Positions 44,801-58,314 of a stretch of 64,000 nt of DNA are shown piece after piece. Numbering within the stretch: the stretch's first letter is position 1; each line of letters opens with the position of its first letter. The notes below the pieces were generated by a model. It ran no database searches. It was given only the letters and a program-made list of their open reading frames with translations, and was not told where the DNA came from. Source of the DNA: Macrostomum lignano. Taxonomy: Eukaryota. Where the stretch lies: the NCBI GenBank assembly GCA_002269645.1, contig NIVC01000099.1:496001-560000 (forward strand), in the 5' to 3' direction. The position numbers were made by a program, and so were the translations under genes.

Positions 44801-47800
44801 CGCTTATTGAAAGAGGCGGCCATAATGGGAGTGCAGCCATTTTTTCCTGGTAGGTCAATGTCTGCTGCAGATTTCAGTAGGCAGTTCGTGACAACTTCAA
44901 AACCTTCTTGACAAGCAATATGCAAAGCCGCTCCTCCGTCAGATCTCTGTGAGTCAATCGCTGCTCCAGCACGAATGAGGTATTCAACCATTCGCAAATT
45001 GCACCCAAAGCAGCTACAGATAAGAGCCGTGTCTCCTTCCTTAGTTACAGCGCTTATGTCTGCTCCGCACTGAATGAGGAACATTGCAAGCTTATTGTGC
45101 CCATTGGACACTGCTCTGTGCAGTGCAGTTGATCCACCTTTTCCTGATCTATCGATATTTTCTCCGATTCTTAGAATCATTTGAACAATTTGATCTTTTC
45201 CTGACTGCGCAGCCAAATGCAAAACAGTGTCGGATTCTGCATCCTGAATGGTGAAATCTGCACCGTGGTTGATCAGGAGCTCAAATATTTCCAGTCGTCC
45301 ACTGAACGCTGCGATGTGGAGAGCAGTTGTCAAATTGTTGTCTTTTCTATCCAAATCGATATTTTTTCTGAGCAACTCTCGCACGATAGAAATGTTTTCA
45401 GACACGACTGCGAGGTGCAGGGCGCTGGACCCGTCCTTTGTAACGGCGCCTAAATGAGCGCCCGCTGCTAGCAAAGTCTGAACTGTCAAAAGATTGCCAT
45501 TGAGACATGCGAGTAGCAGGGGTGTCGTGTCGTTCTTCCCCAAGATTTCCAATTTCGCACCAGCAGAAATAAGCAATCGGGCTATATCTGTGTGCCCCCA
45601 CTGAGCAGCCAAGTGCAAGGCAGTGGCTCCATGACCTTCTCTGTCATTGACGTTGGCACCAGATTCAATCAGTCTTTTGACGATCTTCAAGCAACCAAAG
45701 TAGGTTGAAAGGATTAAAGCAGTATCTCCATCACTATCCTTCTTGTTTAGATCAGCTCTAGCATTAATGAGTAGATCTACTATGCTTTCGTGGTTATTCA
45801 TGACTGCAAGAATGAGTGGTGTCGCCTGACCTTTGCCTTGAGCATCGATGTCACTATGTGACCGCAGTAACATTTTCGCGATTTCAAAATGACCATTTTG
45901 AGCGGCCATGTGAAGCGCAGTGCTGCCATTCATGTCTCGAATGTTCGGATCTGCGCCGAGTTCAAGAAGGCATTTAGCAGCCTTTTCCTTGCCAAAGTAA
46001 GCTGCGATTGTGAGTGCGGTGTCGCCATCGCTGTCCTGCTTGTCGATCGAGGCATTTGCACCCACCAGGAGCTGAATAACTTCAGCGTTATCATTTAGTG
46101 CTGCAGCAATCAATGCGGTCTGTCCTTCTGCAGCCTCAGAATCAACGGTAGCTTTTTTGCTAAGGAGAAGCCACACAACAAGTTGATGACCATTTTGGGA
46201 GGCCAGAATCAGTGGCGTAGCCTGACCTTTTCCTTTGCTGTCAATATCACCCCCAGCATCCAATAGCATTTGAACGATTTCGTAGTGACCACTTTGAGCT
46301 GCCATGTGAAGAGCTGTGCTGCCGTACTCATCTCGAATGTTGACACTCGCACCCGCGTTAAGAAGCATCTCGATGACTCCTGTATTGTTGCTGAACGCAG
46401 CGGACATCAATGCCGTTCGTCCATCAAAAGCTCGAAGATCAGCATTCGCTTGCTTACTGAGCAATATTTTCACTACATCAGCGTGGCTATGCATTGCAGC
46501 CAGCATGAGTGCTGAGTATCCATCATTATTCACCGCGTCAATCAGGGCATTATTATTCAACAGTAGCTGAGCCACGTCTCCGCGTCCATTTAGAGAGGCC
46601 CGAATCAGAGGTGTTGTTCCATTCTTGCCAATGGCATTTACATTGGCCCCATGTTCGAGCAGAAATCTAGCAATTTCAAGATGCCCATTTTGAGCAGTGA
46701 CATGCAGAGCTGTGCACCCGTTTTGGTCTCCATGATTGACACCTGTTTCATCAGTAATGAGTAGCGAAACGATTACAAAGTGTCCGGAGTACGCAGCTCC
46801 TATAAGCGGAGTGTCACCTTCGAGGTTCGCCAGCATGCGATTCGCCCCATTTGAGATCAAGAGCGCAACAATGCTGTTGTAACCAAGCAGTGAGGCGTAG
46901 AACAAGGCCGTATTACCCATGAGATCCTGGTGATCCACTTGGGCTCCAGCCAGCAGAAGCTCACTCACTGACTCATGGTGCCCCATGCAGCTGGCAAGGA
47001 TGATCGGAGTCGCACCTCCTTTCCCGATGCAGTTTACGTCAGCGCCTTTGCTGATGAGCCACTTTATCATGTCTGTGTGGCCCGTCTGGACTGCGAGTAA
47101 AATCGGCGTTGCCCTCTCGTTGTCGGCGGCGTTCACATCTGCAGATTCACTGACTAGCAGCTCAGCGATGTCTATTCTATTGAGTAGGGATGCTAGCAGA
47201 ATGGGAGAATGGCCGTGCTTATTCTTTACATTCGGGTTCGCCCCCGCAGCCAGAAGTAGCCGAGCAATTTCGAGCGAGGAGACAAATACTGCGTAGAAGA
47301 AAGCTGTGTTGCCCTTATTGTCAGGTAAGTCAACTTTGGCGTTTACGGAAAGCAGCAGCTCTACGCAATCTTTATGCCTACAATATGTGGCAAGTAGCAA
47401 CGGTGAATCTCCGTCATCGTCAACAATGTTCACATCAGCTTGACGCTCAATCAGAAGTTGCACAACCTCGAAGTGCCCACGAGTTGCTGCCAGCGTTATA
47501 GCGGCTGCTCCGCCTTTACCTCTGGAGTTGATATCAGCGCCGGATTCTAAAAGCAGCTTCACAACTTCAACGTGACCATTTTGTGACGCACAGTGTAGTG
47601 GGTTGTGCTTTTCATTGGCGACAGCGTGAACATTGGCCTGGTGCCTCAGAAGCAAACGGACGGCTTCTACCTGACCATCGAATGCGCTGCAAATCAACGG
47701 CGTCTCTCCAGCGTCATTTGTTAAGTTGGGATCGGCATCGTTCTCCAGCAAGCACTCAATGACCTCAATATTACCGACAGCTACAGCCGCTAAGAGCACA

Positions 47801-50800
47801 GACTGGTTGCCTAATTTCTTACTCTGCTGATTGACGTTAGCACCCATCGAAACTAGCAGGTATGCAATATCCGGGAAATTCCTGAGTATAGCGAAATGCA
47901 AAGCACTCACCCCATTTTCATCTTGCAGGTCGATGTTTAAGGTCTTATCCACTAGCATTTCGACTGCTTCAAAGCAGCCGGAGTAGCAAGATAATGTTAA
48001 AGCAGAATCACTTTGAGAGTTCGTCAGATTCACATCTGCACCAGAATCTAAGAGCATTTTCACCAGGTTCGGGTGTCGGTTCAGACATGCCAGCATGAGC
48101 GGTGTAGATCCATTTTTCCCCTTTGAATTCACGTCTGCACCAGCTAGCACAAGTTGGCTCGCAATCTCAAGGCTGCCGACTTGAGCAGCACAATGCAATG
48201 GCTGAACTCCCTCTTTTGAGCAAATATGAACATTTGCACCCTTGTCAATCAGTAGTTTTACAGAGGCAACCTGATTTGCCATTGAAGCGTACTGCAGTGC
48301 GGTGTCCCCATCTGAATCTTGTAGGTTTAGCTTTGCCCCTGCTTCAGCCAGCATTTGAACAACGGTGATATTTTTAGTCGTACTGGCCGCCATCAATGCA
48401 GTTTTTCCTTCCGGGTCTTGGTGATTCACATCCGCTCCAGCACTGATGACTAGCTCAACGAGTTGAGAGACATCGTCGATGCTGCCTCTGGCACACACAG
48501 AAAACAGGCAGCTGAGTCCGTCAGCATTTCTAATATTAACATCCGCTCCGGACTGCACAAGTAGCTTCAAGATTTCAAGCCTGTTGCAAATGCATGCAAG
48601 CAAAGCAGCTGTACACTTGTTCTTTCCAGAGGTGTTCACATCGACCATCGCGGCAGCAAGCATTTCCACGATGGGAAGGCAGCCCTGTTGAGTAGCACAA
48701 TGAATTGCTCGACATCCTTCCTTATCTGGAATTTCCAAATCCGCTCCTGCGCCGATGAGCAGCTCAGCGCATTTCACTCTGCTGAAGTAGGAAGCGCAGT
48801 TCAGTGCCGTGTCCCCATCTTTGTCTTGTTGATTAACGTTTGCACCAAAATGAAGAAGAACTAAAACAATGTCATCGAAACCCTGAACTGATGCCAAAAT
48901 GAGAGGAGAATGCATATCTGAATCTAAAACGTTCACATCAGCAGAGTACATCAGTAGTAATTGGACAATGTCGGTGAATCCTGCCATTGCTGCGACAGTC
49001 AATGGGAACTGACCAAGTAATCCAGTTTGATCTGGATTCGTTCCATACGAAAGCAACTTCATTACTGTATCTGTATTGTGTTGTGAACAGGCAATAAACA
49101 GGGCGGACGACCCAAAACTATCGGAGTGGTTGACATCCACTCCTAACTTTAGGATAAGAGTCAATGTTTCGATTGAACCGCTGACTGCAGCTAAGATCAG
49201 AGCGGTATCGTCATTATTGTTGGCAGCTTCGTGGTCCGCACCTACTGTCAGTAAATTTTTGACTACTTCAGTTCGACCGCACAGAGCCGCGATTGTGAGC
49301 GGCGTGTTCCCATTCTTTCCTCGCAGTTCAATCTCTGCCCCAGAGAGCAGAAGCAAGACAACGATATCATTGTAGCCGTTTTGAGCGGCTACATGAAGCG
49401 CAGCCGATCCATCACTTAATCTGAGATTCGGATTCGCACCTGCAGAGAGAAGCAATGCAACTGTCATCAGGTTTCCAAAGTAGGCAGCTTGAATCAATGC
49501 ACTGTGGGCCTCTTCATGTCGGTAGTTTGCATTAGCACCAGCGAGGAGAAGTTCCGAAACGATTTCATGATGACCTTTAACACTGGCCAAAATGATCGGA
49601 GTCCTACCACTCATTCCAATGAAATTCACGTCGGCTTGAGCAGAAATTAGAACAGAAACAATATCTCTATGACCATTCTGAGCCGCAAATATAAGCGGAG
49701 TTGCTAAAGTGAAATCAACATAATTCGGGTCGGCATTGGCTTGAAGCAAGAGTTTAACAACAGTGAGGTGACCAAAACATGCGGCATGGGTGATGGCGGC
49801 TCGACCCATGCGATCGAATGCGTTTACGTTTACACCCTTCTCAATGAGCAGGCCAACGACTTCTTCATGACCATTTGCGGCTGCGACAATTAGTGGAGTG
49901 GCTGCTCCCTTGCCAATATGATCTGCGTCAGCTCCTGCCTCGATCAGCTGCTCAGAAATACTCAAATAACCATTCTGAGCAGCGCAAGACAACGCTGAGC
50001 CTCCTTCGTTATCCGATGGGCTCACCAACGCCTGAGCTTTCAGTAGTGCGACCACTATTTTCTCAAAGCCTAAGAAAGAAGCAATTATTAGTGGAGTATT
50101 TCCTCCGTCATCTCTTGTTTCAACATCGGCTTGCGATTTGAGCAGCAACTCAACAACATCCGAATGACCATTCTGGACAGCGAGTCGCAACGGAGTTCCT
50201 CCTCTCTTGCCCCTCCAGTCGACATCGGCTCCAGCATGCAGCAGGTCTCTGCAGAGCTTGACGTGTCCGATTTGAGCAGCCATTATGAGAGGCGTTGCGT
50301 TCTGATAGTCCGGCATATCGACATTGGCTCCGGCTTTGATCAGCACTGCTGCAGTGTCTCTGTACCCGCTCTGAGCTGCAAGTCGCAACGGAGTTCCATC
50401 GTTTCTGCCCTTCCAGTCCACTTTTGCACCTGCACACAGCAGGGCATCGCAAATCTGGGAGTAGCCGCTCTGAGCTGCGAAAATCAGCGGTGTCGCTCTT
50501 TGAAAGTCGGCTGCGTCCACCTCGGCTCCAGAGTGCAGGAGCAGCCGTGTGACCTCCAAGTGACCTTCAGCTGCTGCGAAATGAAGAGCAGTCTTTCCCT
50601 CAATATTCGTTTTGTTGATCTCTTCCGGCTCGCTGCTCACGATAAATTCCACCTCTTGCAGGTTTCCACTCCATGCAGCCTCCATCAGTTGAGTTCTCTG
50701 CATTCCTGAGAATAAGTTACTGAGCTGGGTTTGAAGCTCAGAAACCTTCTGCTTTGGCTCTTCAGCCTGAGGTCCGTACGGCCTGGTCTTGAACTTTGGA

Positions 50801-53800
50801 GCCCGCAGATTGGCGTAAGTCTGCAGACTGACCAGAATCGCGCTGCTTCTGGTCTCAGCCGCCACATCGAAAATCGAGTTTCCGCTGCTGTCAAAGACGT
50901 CGGCTTCTGCCCCGGCCTCGAGCAGCTGCTTCACCACAGCCTCTCGACCTGCTTGCACAGCGAGCCACAGAGCCGTTCTACCGAAGCCGTCCCGGTCTTC
51001 CAGCAGCTCCTTGGTATGCGCCAACTGGCTGACGATCTCCTCGTGTCCGAGCTGCGCGGCCATCATCAGCGGTGAGCAGCCGCCTTCGTTGGCGATCCTC
51101 GGGTCGGCACCGGCCCGCAGCAGCTGAGCGGCGATCTCGCGGTGTCCCTCTTGACAGGCGAGCAGCAGCGGGCTTGTTGAGTCGTTCTTCAGCAGATTCA
51201 CGTCTGCACTGGCTTCAATCAGGTGAGCAACAACATTTCCGTGCCCGTTCTGAGCGGCTGCACTCAGAGGCGACGTCCCAAACTCGTCCTGGACGTTGAT
51301 GCGAGCACCTCGATCCATCAGTAACTTGACGATTGCCTCGTGTCCATTTTGAGCAGCCATTATCAGCGGTGAAACAGGCTTTTCAGGAATCTCAAGATCT
51401 GATCGTTTGCTCATCATCAGAATGAGCAGTTCCTCTCGGCCGAGCTCGCATGCTGTGATGACCTGCCAGGTCAGATCTGCATCGCTTGGTGCGCACTGCA
51501 GCACCATCTGCATCAGCTCAGGCTCATCGTTTCTCAAAAAATTCTCCATCAGCTCGTCGAAGGTTTGTAAATCCAAGAAAGGCGAATCTGTCTTTTGAAG
51601 AATCAACCGAGCGACATTGACGTGACCTGCTCGGAGAGCCGCTAGTAGAGCCGTCTCTCCCTGATCGTTCCTAACGTCCAGTCGAGCTGAGAAGTCAAGG
51701 AGAGTGCGCGCAATGTTCACGTGATCGGCTCTTGCAGCGATCAGTAGTGGCGTGTCTCCCGCTGCGTCGGTATCGTCCGGAGCGAAGCCAGCCTGAAGCA
51801 GCTGCAAAACTCTGTCGGACTGTCCGACGCTGCTCGCGACGTGCAGCTCCGTTCGACCTTGGCTGTTGCGACGATTTGGCGTTTTATTTACCTCTGTAAT
51901 TTAATTGTGGGCTAATAGAAATAGACTGGAACTAATAACACTTTGGCAGAAATATCGACAAACAACAAATTTTAATAGTTGCAGATAATTTAATATGATT
52001 CAAATCAGGGATCGTGGCTCCAGAACCAGGAGTTTTAACCATGATCTGCATGCATTTAGCCTCATTAGAAATAATAAAATGGTTTGAATCTTCTTTACCA
52101 ACAGTATGTTTTGCTTATTTGAATTTGCGAAAATACATCATTACTAGGCACAGCTTTTTTACTCGTGACAGATGAAAATAGTTCTACACTCGTAAGAAAA
52201 ACTTTTTGTATTGATCAGGTAAGAAAAATAACAAAAACAATCGCAGACTGCCCAGTCTGATGAGAGATCGAAAGTGCATTCAACACACAGAATGCTTTTG
52301 TACTTGTGCTCGAGTACGTCTGAGCGCATGCTTATAAATGCATTTTAATTTTTCTACTTATAAATTAATTGTTAGTAGAAAGAAATTTTGTAATTGGGGG
52401 CTCTCGACTCAAAATGACTAAATTCTTACATTATTTTGGGAATCGTTGTTGTTACACTTATTTTGGCTCCACATGCTCTCATTTTGGCTCCACATGCACT
52501 CATTTTGGCTTCACATGCTCTCATTTTGGCTCCACATGCTCTCATTTTGGCTCCACATACACTCATTTTGGCTTCACATGCACTCATTTTGGCTTCACAT
52601 GCACTCATTTTGGCTTCACATGCACTCATTTTGGCTTCACATGCACTCATTTTGGCACCGCAGCCCGGCACTTACTTTTTATCGCCACAGGTGGGCAATA
52701 ATTTTGGCGCTATATTTTGACTCCCTGAAGCACAATTATTGATTTCTATAATGAGTCACATGATGGAGCGTGGGGGGACAAAGCATTGGCATGCCCCTCA
52801 TAGCTTTTACTGGGGGGAGCATGTCCCCCCAGTCCTCCCGGTGGCGACGCTTCTGCTTAATGGCACGCACCCTAAACGACACGCACCCTAAACGACCCGC
52901 ACACTAAACGACACGCACCCTAAACGACACGCACCCTAAACGACCCGCACCCTAAACGACACGCACCCTTAACGACACGCACCCTAAACGACACGCACCC
53001 TAAACGACACGCACCCTAAACGACACGCACCCTAAATGACACGCACCCTAAACGACACGCACCCTAAACGACACGCACCCTAAACGACACGCACCCTTAA
53101 TGACACGCACCCCTAACGACACGCACCCTTAACGACACACACCCCTAACGACACGAACCCTTAACGACACGCACCCTTAATGACACGCACCCTTAACGAC
53201 ACGCACCCTTAATGACACGCACGCCTAACGACACGCACCCTAAACGACACGCACCCTTAACGACACGCACCCCTAACGACACGCACCCTTAACGACACAC
53301 ACCCCTAACGACACGCACCCTTAACGACACACACCCCTAACGACACGAACCCTTAACGACACGCACCCTTAATGACACGCACCCTTAATGACACGCACCC
53401 CTAACGACACGCACCCTTAATGACACGCACCCTTAACGGTCGACACGCACCCTTAACGACACGCACCCTTAACGACACGCACCCCTAACGACACGCACCC
53501 CTAACGACACGCACCCTTAATGACACGCACCCTTAACGACACGCACCCTTAATGACACGCACCCTTAACGGTCGACACGCACCCTTAACGACACGCACCC
53601 TTAACGACACGCACCCCTAACGACACGCACCCTTAATGACACGCACCCCTAACGACACGCACCCATAACGACACGCACCCTTAACGACACGAACCCTTAA
53701 CGACACGCACCCTTAACGACACGAACCCTTAATGACACGCACGCCTAACGACACACACCCTTAATGACACGCACGCCTAACGACACGAACCCTTAACGAC

Positions 53801-56800
53801 ACGCACCCCTAACGACACGCACCCTTAACGACACACACCCCTAACGACACGCACCCCTAACGACACGCACCCTTAACGACACGCACCCCTAACGACACGC
53901 ACCCTTAATGACACGCACCCTTAACGACACGCACCCTAAACGACACGCACCCTTAATGACGCGCACCCTTAACGACACGCACCCTTAACGACACGCACCC
54001 TTAACGACACGCACCCTTAACGACACGCACCCTTAATGACACGCACGCCTAACGACACGCACCCTTAATGACACGCACCCTTAACGACACGCACCCTTAA
54101 TGACGCGCACCCTTAACGACACGCACCCTTAATGACACGCACCCTTAACGACACGCACCCTTAATGACACGCACGCCAAACGACACGCACCCTTAATGAC
54201 ACGCACCCTTAACGACACGCACCCTTAATGACGCGCACCCTTAACGACACGCACCCTTAATGACACGCACCCTTAACGACACGCACGCCTAACGACACGC
54301 ACCCTTAATGACACGCACCCTTAACGACACGCACCCTTAACGACACGCACCCTTAATGACGCGCACCCTTAACGACACGCACCCTTAATGACGCGCACCC
54401 TTAACGACACGCACCCTTAATGACACGCACCCTTAACGACACGCACCCTTAATGACACGCACGCCTAACGACACGCACCCTTAACGACACGCACCCTTAA
54501 TGACACGCACCCTTAACGACACGCACCCTTAATGACACGCACCCTTAACGACACGCACCCTTAATGACACGCACCCTTAACGACACGCACCCCAAACGAC
54601 AAGCCCTCTTAACGACACGCACCCTTAATGACACGCACCCTTAACGACACGCACCCCAAACGACAAGCCCTCTTAACGACACGCACCCTTAATGACACGC
54701 ACCCTTAACGACACGCACCCCAAACGACAAGCCCTCTTAACGACACACACCTAATATTTCTTCATGCAAGCAAAATTAAAATTACTCAAGTTAACTACTT
54801 TCAGTAGAAACAGTAGCATTTTAATTCTAAAAATGAATAGCCACGATAATGCTTTTTTTAGTAGCTGGCACATGATGACGTGCACCAATATTATTCAATG
54901 TACATAAAATCGCTTAAGACAGAAGGAAAGGTCTTATGAAGCTCTTTAGAACAGCGGCACTGCTCCTGAGCTCAGGCAAAATGGGACGCTTTCATAAGAC
55001 CTAAACTTCATCATATTGTCTAAAATTCACAACGTCTAAAACTGAATGTGAAAGAGTGTGCAGAGATTTTAGACGCAGTGAAATTCAAAATTTCATTAGG
55101 CATAAAATTTAGGCGATGTGAAGTCATGCGCTTCAAAGGCGTTGTGAAATTTAGGTCTTATATGAAGCGCCCCAGCAAAGTTTATCTCCTTCCCTGGACA
55201 ATGAACCGTCTATCTATACGGTCGTACAGCTGTTGAACGCAAACAATTGGCAAACTACACTTGATCGTCTCATACTCATTGTGATTGTGTATGGCCACTT
55301 TTCTCTCCGAAACGCCCAGACTGTGGTTGAATTAGTAAACACCTGTCTGTTATTTTCGAACTGTTTATGTCAGTAGAAAAAGTTAAATAATAGCAATAAT
55401 AAACTTTAGTTGCACTCATTTCTCACTGCGTGCGTACGGCCTTAGATAACAATTAGCGGCCTCTTCGTCTCTTTATAATCATCTCACATTCGAGCTTCGT
55501 AAAAACTGTCTGGCTGCTTCTGCGAGTCTGGCAGTCCAAGCCTCGAGCAGTAGCTACCGGCTAACTGTACATTAAAGCCGCAAAGTTCCACATTTATAAT
55601 TAGAATATGCGGCACATTGGCACTGTTTACTGCTGTGTGATGTTTAGGAACAAAAAATTGATGCATTTTTCTGGTTTGGAAATTATTAGCAGTCGTTTCT
55701 GCAGCCCTGAACTGCCGCAATGTTTGACCAGTGCCATCGCAGCTTATAGTTCAGCACAATGACCTTCATTTTTACCTTCTTCATTAAATTTATGTGATGG
55801 TAGTAGAGCACAATCAAAACAAAAAAATTGAAAAGGAAATTATTGTTGCTGAAAACATCAGCGCCCCCGGTGATTGAAACTATGAGGACTCAAATACCTC
55901 CAGATCCTCCATTGGATTGCAGCTTTGCTCCCAGATCCTCCATTGGATTGCAGCTATGCTCCCAGATCCTCCATTGGATTGCAGCTTTGCTCCCAGATCC
56001 TCCATTGGATTACAGCTATGCTCCCAGATCCTCCATTGGATTGCAGCTATGCTCCCAGATCCTCCATTGGATTGCAGCTATGCTCCCAGATCCTACATTG
56101 GATTGCAGCTTTGCTCCCAGATCCTACATTGGATTACAGCTTTGCTCCCAGATCCTCCATTGGATTACAGCTATGCTCCCAGATCCTCCATTGGATTGCA
56201 GCTATGCTCCCAGATCCTACATTGGATTACAGCTTTGCTCCCAGATCCTACATTGGATTGCAGCTTTGCTCCCAGATCCTACATTGGATTGCAGCTATGC
56301 TCCCAGATCCTCCATTGGATTGCAGCTTTGCTCCCAGATCCTACATTGGATTGCAGCTTTGCTCCCAGATCCTCCATTGGATTGCAGCTATGCTCCCAGA
56401 TCCTCCATTGGATTGCAGCTTTGCTCCCAGATCCTCCATTGGATTGCAGCTTTGCTCCCAGATCCTCCATTGGATTACAGCTATGCTCACAGATCCTCCA
56501 TTGGATTGCAGCTATACTCACAGATCCTACATTGGATTGCAGCTTTTCTCACAGATTTTGCTTTGGATTACAGCTATGCTCACAGATTTTGCTTTGGATT
56601 ACAGCTTTTCTCACAGATCCTACAGTGGATTACAGCTTTTCTCACAGATTTTGCTTTGGATTACAGCTATGCTCACAGATTTTGCTTTGGATTACAGCTT
56701 TTCTCACAGATCCTACATTGGATTGCAGCTATGCTCACAGATCCTACATTGGATTACAGCTATGCTCCCAGATCCTACATTGGATTGCAGCTATGCTCAC

Positions 56801-57756
56801 AGATCCTACATTGGATTGCAGCTATGCTCCCAGATCCTACATTGGATTACAGCTATGCTCCCAGATCCTACATTGGATTGCAGCTATGCTCACAGATCCT
56901 ACATTGGATTGCAGCTATGCTCCCAGATCCTACATTGGATTACAGCTATACTCACAGATCCTACATTGGATTGCAGCTATGCTCACAGATCCTACATTGG
57001 ATTACAGCTATGCTCACAGATCCTACATTGGATTGCAGCTATGCTCACAGATCCTACATTGGATTACAGCTATGCTCCCAGATCCTACATTGGATTACAG
57101 CTATGCTCCCAGATCCTACATTGGATTACAGCTATGCTCCCAGATCCTACATTGGATTGCAGCTATGCTCACAGATCCTACATTGGATTGCAGCTATGCT
57201 CACAGATCCTACATTGGATTGCAGCTATGCTCACAGATCCTACATTGGATTGCAGCTATGCTCCCAGATCCTACATTGGATTACAGCTATGCTCACAGAT
57301 CCTACATTGGATTACAGCTATGCTCCCAGATCCTACATTGGATTACAGCTATACTCACAGATCCTACATTGGATTGCAGCTATGCTCCCAGATCCTACAT
57401 TGGATTACAGCTATACTCACAGATCCTACATTGGATTGCAGCTATGCTCACAGATCCTACATTGGATTACAGCTATGCTCCCAGATCCTACATTGGATTA
57501 CAGCTATGCTCACAGATCCTACATTGGATTACAGCTATGCTCACAGATCCTACATTGGATTACAGCTGTGTTCACAGATCCTACAGTGGATTACATCTGT
57601 GCTCCCAGATCCTACGAGTACAGTGGATAGCGTTTTATATCCCATTCATATTCCATATTGCATAACTTATTATTAAAACCAGCTAGAAATCATACTGTCT
57701 GAGAACGAGAACTCACCAGACTCTTCAGCACTGTCATCGTCGACTCCAGCCTCCAT
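41805..57756 (-). CDS. Giant ankyrin-repeat protein fused to a C-terminal Mab-21/cGAS-like nucleotidyltransferase (cGLR), ~3,300 aa; exons 57756-57717 (probable start), 51893-43841, 43768-43413, 43279-41805
   Basis: An 8,053-nt exon of canonical ankyrin repeats (G.TPLHxAAxxGHxxxVxxLLxxGA). Phase-consistent GT-AG introns 43769-43840 and 43280-43412 join it to YIMGSYGDG...SDIDF, TDEVMAF, RVSTSFVEKEI, LKSYHAKTVLFF..PRDRW..NL and SHFF, the hallmark Mab-21/cGLR motifs. The first exon (MEAGVDDDSAEES, phase 1, GTGAGT donor) is less certain. Confidence 0.85.
52440..52655. repeat. 21-bp minisatellite (CATTTTGGCTTCACATGCACT), ~10 copies
   Basis: Period 21. Confidence 0.95.
52862..54752. repeat. 16-bp minisatellite (CGACACGCACCCTTAA and variants), >110 copies
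   Basis: Period 16 with a gradient of variants along the array. Confidence 0.97.
55897..57612. repeat. 31-bp minisatellite (CTCCCAGATCCTACATTGGATTACAGCTATG), ~55 copies
   Basis: Period 31. It explains three long + strand ORFs. Confidence 0.97.
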
Positions 57757-58314
57757 GATGCCGCTGCGTGCTCAGAGACTATCAAGGGAACTGCGAGAAA
57801 AATGGATATTTATGAATTTTTAAATTTCCCGATTGACCCCGTGAGAATGAAAATTGGATTAACAAACCTTTCCTTCCGTGAAAGTTTCCTGGAAAATCTT
57901 GAAATCAATGCTTTTAGAGAATGGTGTTTCTAGCCAGAAATTCTTTTTGCCAGGAAAATAAATGGTACCTTGTAGTCATTATTGACTGCAGTAATGCTTC
58001 TATGCATATACACGTACAAGCGTTTCCCCAAACTAGGTACTAACATTCCAGCGTACCCTTCTGTACGTTCATTGAATTAATGCACATTATGAATTCAGTG
58101 TACATTGCAGTTTGTTATTTTGCAGTCTGAAACTAAGTGAAAATGGTTAGAATAAGCCTATTTATGTACATGTATGTCATGCATAGGATTAACGAAGCAA
58201 GGCAGTATTTTGATTCACAAAAGTTAACGAGCAGGTGGACTCTATATGAGTACCTGTACTCAAAGTATGTCAGGTCTGCACTATTTAGTGTGTCAGTTCT
58301 GTACTGTTTCGTGT

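Noticed and set aside
43856-51598. Many short + strand ORFs
   Set aside because: They are antisense shadows of the ankyrin exon.
52257-52290. Perfect hammerhead core words CTGATGA-GAGATC-GAAA-GTGCATTC
   Set aside because: Helix III could form as a palindromic dimer, but helix I cannot be formed in type I or type III topology and helix II is only 2 bp. It is probably chance.
55484-55560. Candidate extra exon of the ANK-cGLR gene in intron 1
   Set aside because: The phase-1 version would create TAG on joining to 51893, and the other version is phase-incompatible with the flanking exons.
55828-57676. Three ~600-aa + strand ORFs (LPDPPLDCSYAPRS... repeats)
   Set aside because: The 31-bp unit has no stop in any + frame, so all three frames cycle through the same peptide. 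This is an artefact of the minisatellite.
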